DNA of 64,000 bases from positions 8,021,027-8,085,026 of the forward strand of contig MU053652.1 of the NCBI GenBank assembly GCA_013239625.1. Reading direction: 5' to 3'. The position numbers were made by a program, and so were the translations under genes. Source of the stretch: Lama guanicoe (Eukaryota). Every line of letters starts with the position of its first letter. Position 1 is the first letter of the stretch. Below the pieces are notes generated by a model, which was given only the letters and a program-made list of their open reading frames with translations, did not search any database and was not told the origin of the DNA. Below, piece after piece: positions 10,296 through 24,699 of the stretch.

Positions 10296-13200
10296 CCTCC
10301 TAATCTGAACTAAAAATGATGGGGTGGAAACAGCTTGGGATGTGGGGTCAGGACTCCAAGACCGCATCCTAGCTCTGGCATTTGCTGTCTTAGTTAACTG
10401 TAAAGGTGATGTCCTTATCTAGACAGCAGAGTTAATGGACCCCTTCCCTGCTGTGTTCCTACAGTAGTTGTAAGAATCAAGTGAGATGGTGTATGTGGAA
10501 CGCCTAGTGAACTGTAAAACAGGACAGTTGAAAGGCATTGTTATTGAAGCCATCTTGCCAGGACCTATTAAAATGAACAAGTTGTTTCTTAAGGTTCTTT
10601 CTACGTTCATAGAACAAATGATCTATAGGAAATATCTACCCTTGTCCTTCTGTAGACCTGGGGTACTCACCTTGTTTCCCCTATCAAAGCTTGTTATTTA
10701 GAGAAGTTTTGATATTATTTTACCTCTCTTCAGTTCACTTGTGTTTTAAGCCTTACTTCTGATTGTCAAATAAAAGACTTTGTTTCCTGTTAAAGAGAGG
10801 ATCATCCAATATCCTAGAATCACTGTAGAAAGTCAAACTCAGCATAGCTGAAGTTCAGATTTAACAAGGGCATCCTCTGACCTACAGGTTCAACTTCATC
10901 TCTTGGGTATCTCAGGTGACTACGAAAGGCAGGTCCCTAGTAAGAGGGTTGCGAGGCAGAGGTGAGTCCAGGCCGAGGGGCTTCCAATGAGTTAAAGCCC
11001 AAGCACGTTACCATCTTCCAGTCAAAGGTGATCCAAATTGTCACTTCATTAAAACAATCTTAAACCAGTTAGGGTAACTAGATCACGAGAGCTATTCAGA
11101 CATTCAGGATCATAGACTGTTGACCACACGAATGTCACTTCTAGTTATTTGACTCCCACAAGGCGTGAAAAATAGTTTTTTGAGAAGCCGGTGCAGACTT
11201 TGCTTCAAACAAAAAGAACCGGATACTGGTACCTCACACCCACTCAATCCTCAAGTTAGTATCACCTTTATCACCCTCCACACCGACTGCCTTATCCAAC
11301 ACCATGGGCTGCTTCCAAGAAGTTTTATCTTGAATGTCATGGGGACCTCCCAGGGTGGAAGACTTCCAAGGCAAGAGAAATAGCTGTCACTTCAGATTCA
11401 CTAGAATCTGAAACACAGAATGTGAGTACCCACCAAGTGCCTTCGGTGGGATCACTGGTCAATCCAACATTCGAACTCAGATACTGCCAGCGCCCAGATT
11501 CAAATGACTAGGCTGTCTCTCTCCAAAAACAGCAAATCCCCAGACATCTTTAGCACTCCATGAGGTTACACAACACAGGCCGCTGAGGTCAGATAAGTCT
11601 AGTCCTTCCACACACCTTCTCCCCGAGAAGCCCTTTCTCGCCTTTTGACGACCGATCGTTAGGGTTTTACTAAGCAAGAGCAGACGTGGGGTTTTATGGG
11701 CTGAGGTGGTTCTCTGCTGTTTTCGTTCTGTGAATTTTCTCCAGGTATTGAGAGATGGCAGTGAGATGCCATGTACATATCTGTCATTCCTTTTCCATAT
11801 TTTCCCATCTAAGCATGATAACATGCAGACTTGTACCGTAAGACCAAGCTTCTTGATTTTGGCATCTCTACCACTGGCACTGCCACTCTGTAACAATAAT
11901 GAGAGTTCGAGTCTCACATGCACTTACTCCATGTAAGATACAGTGTCTATACACTTATCTTGTGTCTTGTTCAAAATCAAGCAGCTAAGCACCATTTTTC
12001 ATTCTCACAGGCACTGTACAAGGAGTTCTGGTTGCCCTGGATCCTTGCCTGCACATGGTATTGGTATGGTCAGGGTTCCTTTTTTTTTTTTTCATTATAA
12101 TTGATGTGTAGTAATAGTTCACTGTGGCTTTAATTTTCATTAAAGGCTAATATTTCTTTAAAAAAAAATCAAGCAGCTAATAATTGGTGGAGCCTGGCTC
12201 AAACTCAGTTCTGTTTGGCTACAAAGTTTTTGTGCTTACCTACTGTATTATATGGCCCTGTAACATGTTGCACTGTAATGCATGCATGTTTGCATGTATA
12301 ATAGATGTGGGTATGTTATGTATATGTACATGTGTGTATAAAAGTATGGATATCTGCATGGAGTGTTTTGTTTTATTAACTTGAAGCAGGTTAGAGTTTT
12401 TTATATATCCTAAATAATTTCTGATTTGGAAGGTGACTGCATACGTAAGAGTCACATGGCATCAACCACACATTTAGGTAGGTATATCTGATAAAAGGTC
12501 ATTGACAAGGTTTAAGTATGTTCTCTATGTCATAAAATACTCCATCTTTTTTCTAGTTTCTATGCTGTCTAACCCATACGTACTGATTTTTCAAAAACCT
12601 GTATCAAAGGGAGTGTTACCTGCAAATATTTGCTGCACGACATTTACACAATTGTTTTCACATCTTCTGCACTGTCATCCTCAGCCCAGCAACAGGTCGT
12701 GTGACTCTTTAAAATGATTAAACCCTATCCTTCAATGTGCTTATGAAACGATTGTAAGTCGGAGATGGAAATGCGCTTTAAAGATCGCCTACTGAAAATC
12801 GAAACAGAACACACTCAAATAAGAGGCCATACCTGCTTCTTTCCACCCAGGGAGCCTCTGTATGATACAAAACAAAATCCACAGTTACCAAAACAGCCAT
12901 GATCATCTTGGCAGCATGAGAAGGTATCATCAAAACTCCATCATGTTGATTAAACATGATAGTGGTTAAACAGACACCACTGGAGAATGTTTGGCGTCTC
13001 CTGAGGTTCACTGGGGAGGAGCAGCTGTTGCCTCTCCCAGATAGAGTGACACGTTCTGGGAGAAAGAGAGTCCTAGTTAGAGAGAAATTAATTCCCTTAC
13101 CCTCCAGCCCACCCCAAAAGCAAAAACACTGCTAGAAAATTTCAAACTGTGATAATAAAAAGGTCAAATCCCTTTTGGATATAGTGATTACCTCAGTTTC

Positions 13201-13319
13201 ATAGGATATGTTTTTCTTCTGCTTCACGAATACCAAGAGAATCACTTTCAACCCATAGCATGTGCAGTGGATTCATATCTTTACATTCAAGCATTTCTTG
13301 AATGTGTTTACATTAAACA

Positions 13320-13412
13320 CATTAAAGAAAATGTCAAACTTTAGTGGAGTTTATTTAATATCTGAAGCATCTTATGGCACACTTGCATCCTTATTATTAG
13401 TTTTTATTTATT
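13320..13412 (-). terminator. Putative ASB15 polyadenylation signal region
   Basis: These are the first canonical AATAAA hexamers I found downstream of the stop (13412-13407, 13408-13403, 13355-13350). The last is followed about 17 nt later by CA and a U/GU-rich tract (TTTTCTTTAATGTGTTT). Confidence 0.55.
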
Positions 13413-13839
13413 TAGAGTAATATTTGTGGGTAACAATGCATTTTAGCCACAAGTCGGAGAGCAACAGAGGAATTGTGAAATCCCACACATAAAACATTAT
13501 AGTTCTAATTAAATATATTAGAATTTAATTTATATACAAATATATCCTTTAGGGAATATAAGCAGTTAAAACCATAGCTCTACTTAAACAGTTTTTTTTT
13601 CATACTTAGTTATCTTTCAAAAATAACTAAAGATAAATACAATTTGAAAAGTTCATAAACCAGTGAGGTACTACTGTTGAAAGAATACAATAACTCTTAA
13701 GATAAAATAACTATAAAAAAAATCTAGAAAAATGAATCTAAGTCATTACATTATTAAGGCTATGTATCAATTCAGTGATTCAAAACTATCATTTTACCAT
13801 GAGGTGACTGATTACTTTTGTCTGGGACTTATATAACAT

Positions 13840-15400
13840 TCACTCATTCAATATATTCAACAAATAATTTTGGAACGCTCTCTGTGCTCTAGGGAATGTG
13901 CTTGGCCTTAAAAAACACTGCAAAATAAGTCAGACATAGGCCCTGCCCTCAGAGAGCTTACAGTCTAGTGGGGCAGACGGATGGGAACACAGGCATCTAT
14001 GATACAGCATGAGAAGTACTGGGGCCTCCCATCCTAGAGGAAGGAACATCCAAGCTGAAACCTGTAGGATAAAGGGTGGAGAAGGGAAAAGGGAGGCGGA
14101 AAGAGGATTCCACGCAGAAGAAGAAGGAAATGCAAAGACCCTGAGGTGTAAGAGAGCCTGGTCTCTTCTACAACAGTGCTTCCCAAACAAAAGGCTTCAG
14201 AGACTTGTTGGGCCAGGATGAAATTTTCATCCAGCAGTGGGGAAATAAAGACAGTTTACTAAGTCTTTCCAAAGCTCAAGTCACTCAATTTTTATAATCG
14301 AGTTTAAGGCAGCCCCATTTTGTGGCACTAAAATGGCCCCTCTTTTGTGAAATGACAGAGGTAATAGTAGATGTAACAGATGTCCCAATTTTTAAAATTA
14401 GTAAAACAAAAAGTGCCGATGTATAAAATCGAAAATCACTGTTCAAAGAATGAACTTACAAAAGGTATTTAATATGGTAAGACATTAAGAGATAAGACTA
14501 AGGAGGAAGTCACGGAGTTAGATCATGAAGGGCCATGGAAGACCTTTGGACTTTATCCTTAGAGCAGTGGGAATGGTTTTAAGCAGGGGAGTGAAACTTG
14601 CTTACATCTGTGAAAGAGCACTCCAGGATGTGGTGTAGAATATGCGTGGGGTGGGGCAAGAGAGCCGAGAGGAAGACCAGGTAGGCAGCACTGCAGTCCC
14701 CCAGGAAGAAAGCTGGTGTGGGGGCTGACTCAGAGAACCTGAGGCAAAGAAGATGACTTCATGAAGTAAACTGACCAGGGTCTGGTGATTTGTTATGTTG
14801 AGTAAGGAAAACCGATAGGCAAGGCTGATGTCCAGGCTTTTGACTTGATAACCGGGTTAACTATTGAGCTAGAGAATGTAAGAGAAGGAGACCTTTAGTG
14901 GAGGAAGACAGTGAGTTCATTTCAGGACCTGCTGAATTTGAGGTATCTTTGTATTCAAATGTCCTTTATGCCAACAGTCTACTTAGGTCTCAAGCGCATA
15001 GGAGGAAAAGCTGAACTTCGGATATAAACTTTACAGTCAACAGCATGTAGACAGTCACTGAAACCATGGACATGGGTGAAATGTCCAGGAGAACATAGCA
15101 TAAAAAGAGACTTCAGACAAAGGAAGGGCTGGCCGGAGATGAGAAAGAAGCCAGAGACAGAGTCAGGGAGGTAGGAACATTCACTGAAATTAGCAACAAG
15201 GAAGTTACTAAGGACCTTGAGAAGGGCAGTGAGGGAGCAGAAGCCAGATGACAGTGTGCGAATCTGCAGACAGGAAGGGGCTCTTTTACACAGGGCGGTG
15301 ATAAAAGACAGGAGAGAATGGGCCAGCAACCTGCTGGAGATGTGGAGAAAATGGTTGTTTTATAAACATAGGAGAGACTTGATAGGGAGAGTTTGAAGAC
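13840..15400. mobile_element. L2 LINE relic, interrupted by a hAT element
   Basis: CATTCACTCATTCAA 3'-end motif, GCCCTCAGAGAGCTTACAGTCTAGTGGG, GGACTTTATCCT...TTTAAGCAGGG, TGAGTTCATTTCAGGAC. Confidence 0.75.
14174..14441. mobile_element. hAT-Charlie-like MER DNA transposon
   Basis: Degenerate terminal inverted repeats: starts CAGTGCTTCCCAAA and ends TCGAAAATCACTG. Confidence 0.6.
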
Positions 15401-15627
15401 TTGTTGCAAGCAAAAATAATCAATAGAGATTCAAATACAAAATATTGACTAGCTTAAAAAAGTCACAATGTAAAGGTCTTTAGAGATGTCAAATATGGTG
15501 TTCCTATAAGAACACAGGATCCAGTTATAAAATCATCAATGGATTTAAATACACACAAGGATGTGAAATGATGCCAAGAAATTCTGAGGGAATCCCATTT
15601 AAAGATATTTTAAAATACTATTTTAAA

Positions 15628-15840
<213 letters not shown>

Positions 15841-16434
15841 TTAATGGATTGACCTTTAAGAGAGAGATTGAGAACAGTATTAATAGCGTCATTCTGAAAA
15901 ACAGGCATGCGCACATTAGCAACTGGTGACTTTAAGTAAAATTCAAATTGCAGTTAAGCCTTCCAGACGATTCGTTTAGAATGTAAGCTCCACAGAGGCA
16001 GACAGTCTCCCTCTGTGTCAGGGAAGAGAGTCTGGCTCCTAAGGGGTCTTCAACTAGAATATGTTAAATGAATGAATGGACTTGATTGAAGAAAGTTAAT
16101 GCTCAACTCTCCTATTTATTTTTTAAAATGAGTATTTTAGAGATAGATAGACTTCTGTACTTCCTCTCTCTCCTACCAATCTTTCTGATGAATAATTATC
16201 TGTGAAACATCTGATGCAAATGATTCCATACGTCCATGATTCAGTCTTAGGTTTGTTTCATGTCTAATACCTAGACATTTTATATTTTCAATAAAATCTA
16301 TGAATGTTATTCAAATATCTGGTGCCAGTCTTTATTTTCCACTCTTACATCAGCTATAGTATAATTACAGTCCTGATCTATTATCCCAGCAACGCGAGCT
16401 AATGAAAAGGCAGCATTGCATACCAGCTTGGATG

Positions 16435-16645
16435 TGGGCTCTGGACTTGGACAGCTTGGACTTTAAAATCCTGGCTCTGCCAGGCAGTATTTGTATGACC
16501 TTGGACAAGTTACTTAACCTCTGTGGTCTCAGGATTCTCATCTGTGAAATGTGGATAACAATGGGACCCACCTCATAGAAGAGCAAACAAATCAATTCAT
16601 GTAGAGTATAGAAAAGTGCTTGGTACATTCAATAATGTGAACTCA
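16435..16645. mobile_element. MIR SINE
   Basis: ATGACCTTGGACAAGTTACTTAACCTCTGTGGTCTCAG...CTCATCTGTGAAATG. Confidence 0.85.
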
Positions 16646-17199
16646 ATTCAAAAATAAAAGAGATCACGTTTCAGTTACAGTCAAGATTAGAAACATTTAA
16701 ATTATCTTGAAAAAAATTAAAAGTGTTTTTCAAAAACTAGTGACGCAAAGTTTTTGTGACCAAAATGGGCAGAATAAACCCAGCTATTTTTTTTTAATTA
16801 CCATTTTATTTTTTTTTCCCCTAACAATACGCTGCCCTATGTATACCTGGAGGAATCCTGACATCCAGTGGTTAATCATCCTCATAGCAACCAACTGACT
16901 TAACTAGTTGCAATGACGTATGACTGAAACAACAACAACAAAAATTCTTACTTGAATTGCTTTCCCAAAGTCATAAGAATTGATTGTTCTTTTGCAATAC
17001 AGACACAGAACAATTAATTACCAATTAGAAGCAAAATCTATTCTATGACGGGAAGCACAGTGGTACTGAAGAAAGCGCCTGTGTTTTGAAGTGAGACAGA
17101 CAAGGCGTTCAAATTATTTATTTTTTATGTTTATAACTTTGGGAAATTAATTCATCTAAGCACTAGGGGTTTTTTCCTTTACAATCTCCAAAATGTTTT

Positions 17200-19760
17200 A
17201 ACTCTTCTATTGTAAAATAAAATATAGATAAAACAACTACACAAACATATAGTTTCTCAAGTTATTATAAGTGATTATCAGGTGAACATCTTTAATCAAC
17301 TCCCACGTCATGAACAGAAGGACTTCCTTAGCCACCCCAGAATTCCCTCCACAATCCATCCCAAACTGCATTCCTTCCTCCCCTGTAAGGAACTACTATT
17401 CTGACTTTGACAGTAATCACTTCCTTATATATATATTTAAAATCGGTTATGTTCTTTAAGTCTATTTTAATCTGCAAGTTCTTCTTTCCAGACCCTTCTC
17501 TTCCTTTCAATTAGTCTTTGAAGATCTAAAATGCTGTCATTTCTCACAACCTGATTTTTGCTGACTGGATTTTTATGGTGTGGTTCCATGTCCAACTGCC
17601 TTGTCTACTTGCAGACTGATAGCTGGATCCAGAGGCTTGATCAGACTCAGTGTTGATCTCTTTGGCAAAACTACAGCTGGTGCTGCATCCTTTCACCACA
17701 GGCTACGTCATGGGATATAAGCAGCAACTGATGCTCACTGATCACATCCATGGGCTTACTAGGGGCTGCAAAATGGTGGCATCTAATTATATCATATCTT
17801 TTTTATTTCTTCTTTGGAATATTTGTATAAAAGGATACTTTTGCTCATGTATTCTTTGGTTACTGGTGGCACAAATCATATACATAAGGCAGAATAAATG
17901 CTTGACTCTTTTCCTTCATTCATTTTCAAGACGATGAATTGATTTTCTTATCCTGTGGACCTGATCAATTTTTAAAATAACACATTTAAACATATTTAAT
18001 TGGTTTCAGTTCACTGAAATAATGATTCTTTCAAAGTTTAAATTGTCCCATCTTTGACCAATGGGAGCCTCGAGCTGGCTCCTGAATTCTTTTTGGTTTC
18101 AGTTCACTGAAATAATGATTCTTTCAAAGTTTAAATTGTCCCATCTTTGACCAATGGGAGCCTCGAGCTGGCTCCTGAATTCTTTGGACATGATTCTGGT
18201 AGTCTCTGAGTTCCTTGTTATCTGGCATGACCGGATACACCCGACTCACCTTGCATACTTCCTTCCCCAGATCTAAAATCATCCATTTCTCCAAGAAACT
18301 CTGGTTTCTTTTTCTAGGAAGTGGTACTTCAAAGCCACAGTCTGGGTGCTAAGGATGCTCACTGCTACTGCGCCTCTCAATATTTCTAAGTCTTTTTTGT
18401 AGACAGATACACACACACACACATATGCCTTCAAGGTAAAATATTTTATGAGTTCACATTGGGAGTTCCAATTCAAATTCAGGACTTCAGAATTTTTGTT
18501 TAAGCGCTTCCATACTACACCTGTATTTCCTTTCTTCCACACTGGCAATCCTGGTTCTCAAGGATGCAAAGAATAATAGAATTAGAGTATCCTATGTGCT
18601 GACTACATTCCTCATTCTCAGCATAACAATGTTAATATTATGCCAACACCAGTAAAATTTCTGAGCTCTGCGAAAAATGTCTGTGTGTGTGCTCTCTCCA
18701 TTTTTCTCCCATTTAAAATAGTTGTGTCATATCGACACTATCTGACGGTATAACCAATATTTCTTCTCCATTGTAACTTTCACTTAGTCTTGGTGTTCGG
18801 TTTAATGCTGACTACTAGTCCTCGTGTCATTATCTCTTTAGTCATTTTGGTTTCTCTGAAGCTTATTTTTGAGTAGATTCTTGAGAAGGTGATCAGAAGA
18901 GTAATATTGTTTGAGAGCATCCTTTTTTTCCCCTTATAAATCACTTGTTCTCATATAGTAATTTGTAATCTTCAGTTTCAAATCCTTCTTTTTCTATTAC
19001 AGAAAGTTTTTTGAAGTACAAGTTTTTGTATTTGTTCCATTCCTTTGATTTGGTTTTTCTTTTCAGGAAATTCTTTTCCTTGCCTGTATTCAATATCTGT
19101 CACTGTCTTTCAAATCCTTTTATCTATTCTTTTATTCCTATTTTATTTTTAAAATTTCCTTCCATTTCATCTTCTATTTCTCCTGAGGCATTATTTATTG
19201 CATTATTAATTCTTGCTTTCATTCCAGTTCAGTCCTCATATTTGTAATTAATTTTTTGTTTTTTATTTCTAATTCTTTCCTCAGTTCTGTTACCTCATTT
19301 CTGAATTTTTCTAATTCTGACTTGTGTAGTTCTTTCATGTCTTATGTCATTTCCTTATGACTTTTAGCTTGTTTTGAAACAGGGTTTCAGTTTTAATCTG
19401 TTCTAAGGGCATGTCTTTCTGTGCTTTTATTGTCTGTGGGGATGTTATTCTGTTCCTCTTTCTATTTTTTCTTATAATAAGTTTATATGGGATTTGACTG
19501 GGTTACTTTCCTGTTGCTCATTATTATGTGAATCTCTGGAAGCATGCTTGATTCACGATAGCTCTTCTAACTTTACGGAACTCCCTATTCTGTTGTCTTC
19601 TTGCAATGACCCAGAATATGGTGGCTGCTCCCTGAGGAGCAGGTTTCCTGGTTCTCTTTGCTGCCCACCACGTTTATGTGGACTCTCACATCTCAGTCCT
19701 ACTTGATTTTGACTTTACTCCCAATGTGGGCCTTGGTTCAGAAAGGGAGCCCTGACGGGC
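17200..19760 (-). mobile_element. Old L1M fragments in the last ASB15 intron
   Basis: AACTACTATTCTGACTTT, TCATCCATTTCTCCAAGAAACTCTGGTTTCTTTT and long T-rich antisense L1 5'/ORF1-like sequence. Confidence 0.65.
18000..18185. repeat. Exact 93-bp tandem duplication
   Basis: 18000-18092 is identical to 18093-18185 by base-by-base reading. Confidence 0.95.
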
Positions 19761-19954
19761 CAGTTTCAAGACTTCATAGGGTCCAAATTATTCTGTAATT
19801 CCCCCTTAGCCTTAGTTTTTATTTATGAAAATTAGCAATGATAACACCTAATCTACAAGTCGTGGGGATTTCATGACATGCCTTACATATACATTTCAGA
19901 TACTTCATATAAACTTACCATGTAATAAAAGTAACAGAAAAATACTAATAATTT

Positions 19955-20031
19955 GGGGGATGTATACCTTAGTGGTGGAGTGTGTATTTAGCATGCATGA
20001 GGTCCTGGGTTCAATCGTTGGAATCACCATA
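19955..20031 (+). mobile_element. tRNA-Ala-derived SINE head (Vic-1-like) with 17-bp target-site duplication
   Basis: GGGGGATGTATACCTTAGTGGTGGAG...GGTCCTGGGTTCAATC...CACCA, flanked by AAAAATACTAATAATTT (19938-19954) and AAAAATACTAATCATTT (20032-20048). Confidence 0.85.
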
Positions 20032-21570
20032 AAAAATACTAATCATTTAGTTTTAAAAATAGCTAAATTTATTAAGTGTTCTCAATGTTGTAGACATTAA
20101 GCTAAGCACCTTACATGTATCATCTCTTTAAATCCCCACAACTACCTTATAAGGTAAATATGAGCTCCATTTTGCAGTGCAAAATCCTTGGCATAAAAAG
20201 AATAAGTAACTAGCTGAAAGTCACATAGTTAGTATGTCTATCTTGGTCTTGTAACAATAAATAAAAAATTCCCCTCCCCTCAGTGAAACAAAAATGATAC
20301 AATAAATCGCTGTTTCTATGAGAATATCAGCCCTGATTGACATATGCACTCTACAGCCGAGGAATCCTACAGAGTCCCATCCCATTCTAAGTCTGTCTGA
20401 CCCCAGAGATCAATTTCTAGGTTCACAGTACAATATTACCCATTAGGTCCTCTAAGGTTCCTGTTTTAGTTCCAGGGGAAGAGCCATTTGAGGAAGATCC
20501 AAGCCTACCTCCAAATCTGCATTAAGCTGAACTATCACTCTAGCCAATCAAAGTCTCCATCCCTCTGCCCATCTACATCTTTTGCTATCGTGGTCAGAGT
20601 AGTCCAGATTCCGATTGTACACTTTAATGTGTGAGACTCTGATAGAAACAAAGTGCTTAGATGAAGACCACTATATCATTCATGTTTCTTTTTATAGAAC
20701 TTTATATGTAACGAACATGGTACATGAACCAGTTCAACATTTCAGTTTCATCTTCTTGACTATAAAATATAATCTGCTACTTTGCATAAAATTTGCCTGA
20801 TCCTAAAGAAAAGGCTGCTGTGGTTTTGTTATCCCATTCAAGGCTGATTTAGGTGTATTCAGAGTGCCAGAATATTTAAATGCAATGTCAAGTACTATGA
20901 TGCTTCTTTAGGCTCTATGAAATTGATGTCCAAGTAGGTTCTGAAAGCTCATTTTCCAAACTCATATGTTGAAAGAGAAAACTTTTCCAATTTTTTTTCT
21001 AATTTCTTTTTGTATTTGGAGTAATTTTAGATACATCGTATTGAAACTTTTATGGTAGGATTCACTTGTATGATTATAACTAAACTTCAAGCTAGAGAAT
21101 ACAAATGGCCTGCTTGTAATAGGTTTTTGATGGTAAGAATTTGTCAGTAAAGACCCAGAGAGAGCATATCAAAAAGGATGATTCTAATTCATTCCATTCG
21201 TTCATTTACTCAGTATTTACTGAGTATCTAGGCATTATGCTAAGCCTTGAGAATACAGAAATAAGCAAAACAGATGCCTGCCCACATGGAGATTACAATC
21301 TATATACTTTATACTTTTAAAAAATGAGTTCTAGTCAGAATGTTAAAATAGTTATAGTGTTATTCATTACACAGTTAAAGAGTTGGAAAGTATCAAAAAA
21401 AAGCAAGAAATTAGTATCTTACATCAGAGGAAGTATTAAGGATGATTTTTAAAAAACCAGGTAATTCTGAAAATAAGGTAGCACTGAAAAAGTATCAAAG
21501 ACAACATTAAGAAACTTCCCCTATATACATTCTTCATAAAAATTTTTGTAGGCAAAACTTGTGCTTTTAC

Positions 21571-21724
21571 CTAGTATTTGACGGATTTCTGGCCATTCTC
21601 TCTGTACTTCTAGTGCCGATTTCAGCTTAGCACACAGAGGGATATAATCCATGTAATCTATTAATACACGAATAACGCTGCCTACCAAGTGTTTCATCCA
21701 CGGAACTGTAATAAACTCACAGAA
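21571..21724 (-). CDS. ASB15: ASB15 coding exon 8 ([51 protein letters not shown])
   Basis: Manual translation. Acceptor tctctcag|TT, donor TAG|GTAAAA. 154 nt. Confidence 0.95.
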
Positions 21725-22102
21725 CTGAGAGAAGCGATAAAATTTAATTTAGCAGTACTTTTAATATATCACATACACAAACAATTTTGTTATGAAAAAT
21801 TACTATTCTTGTCTTTTTACAGGAACTAAAAATACCCTCCTTGTAACGAACAAAAAAGAAAAATAAGCTGCCTGTATCTGTGCAACTATGAGCCCTGATG
21901 CATACATGGTTTTGATGTGATTGTACTCAACATTACATGGGAGAATCATGCTACTTTCCATGATCCTTCTTTCCATGCTTCTAGCCCCAGCATTCCACCG
22001 AATAAGCATAAATTATCAATTGCATACATTTTCACATTCTTCTACATTCAGTTTCCAGTTAAAGAAAAATACAATCTTTTTTTTGGCCTAGTTTTATGCT
22101 TA

Positions 22103-22897
<795 letters not shown>

Positions 22898-23214
22898 TCA
22901 TTTTGTTTAGTTTCTTGTATTTTCTCTAGATAATCTTACACAAAACATTTAACCTTCGTCCATTGACTTCCTACTATTCAGTTTAATGGAATTTAGTTTT
23001 GATTTAGCTTCTTCCCATTCTAAATATTCCTGGGGAACATGCTGGATCTTACATATTTGGTCCTAGAATTGTGGTTCCTCAGGAACCCTCACCATTTTCC
23101 AACTCTTCTCTGAACAACATAATATTTATAATCAACCAATGCTCTTTAATGAAAAAAAAATAGAAAAGCTAGCCCATCTGATGCCATAGAAGATTGCTTC
23201 ATACCCTTGACCAT

Positions 23215-23400
23215 TAGAGTCATGGAGTCACAGAAGTTAGAGCTGGAAGTGACCTTGGACATTACTTGGTCCAATCCCTTTATGTAACAGAAGAGCCATA
23301 TGAAGTCTTGAGAAGTGAAATGATTTGTCCAAGGTCGCACAGATGTGGAGCAATGACTAGAATTCAGGCCTCTTGAATTCTCATTTGTTACTCCTCTTTC
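23215..23400. mobile_element. MIR3/MIR-like element
   Basis: TTAGAGCTGGAAGTGACCTTGG...AGAAGTGAAATGATTTGTCCAAGGTCGCACAG. Confidence 0.75.
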
Positions 23401-24438
23401 ACTGCTTCCTGAGCAATCTATGCTTTAATACTGGCCATGGACATCCTGACTGCTTCCATATTCTTTGAAATTGAATTATCAGTAACAAGAAGAGTCTCTA
23501 TTGTTTCCTCAACCTTACATCAGTCCCATTGAGATAACTAACTACAGCTCATGTTTGTTACGTTAGTTGTGAATTTCTCACTTGATTTACCGACTGGACA
23601 TGTATGAGAGCCACAGGCGGGGATAACTTGATCCCCTGTGCCTAATTCGGAGCTACTATGTGTGAATTTATGAACACTGGGAGTAAATCCAGCTAAACTT
23701 GAACAACGTGCCACTTAGCATCAATTACGCATCATTGGCCACTTAGCCACTGCCACTACTGAAAGTGATAAAGGCTAATGATTTCAAAGTTTTTGAACTT
23801 GGGAAATATATTCAATTGCCAAAAACCAACCTTTCATGATGGGTACTTTAGTATAATGATTATAGATTTCTATTGATGTGTTGGTCATGGCACATTTTGT
23901 AATTTAAAAATATATTCAACCAATTTTGGGGAATAAATAAATCTAAATTTATAATAAAACTTCTTTATTCAAGGATAAATTTGACATTATATTATATTAT
24001 AATTATATTATTATGTTATAATATCTATAGGTATTGGTAAAATTGGGCTAATACTGATAGTATTGTTACAAATTTTAATCCTTTGCCAAAGGGGCAATTT
24101 TTAGAAACCCTGTAACTCTTTGCTAAACATATTTTTTAAAAAACCAGAAAAGTACATTTGGGTGGCTTGTGCAGAATTCCCACTTATAACTTACTTTCTT
24201 CTAAAAGAAAATCTCTTTTCATTGTAAGTATAGTATAAATTCAATGTGGAAATTTTATTAAGTACAGGATATAAAACAAAGGGGAAACTCAAAGATATAT
24301 TTAGATATACAAAACTTACGAACATTTTGCCTTTTTCTTTTTGGATTTCAAGAGGTGTGCAAACAGATTTAGGATTATACTGTATATATCATTTTGTATT
24401 TTTCAACTTGAAATGATCATCTTATGATTTATTACTTA

Positions 24439-24699
<261 letters not shown>

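Noticed and set aside
19955..20030. Functional tRNA-Ala gene (also at 8309, 28036, 30803)
   Set aside because: Stems are mutated, TSDs or A-tails are present and there is no proper cloverleaf; these are SINE/retro-copies.
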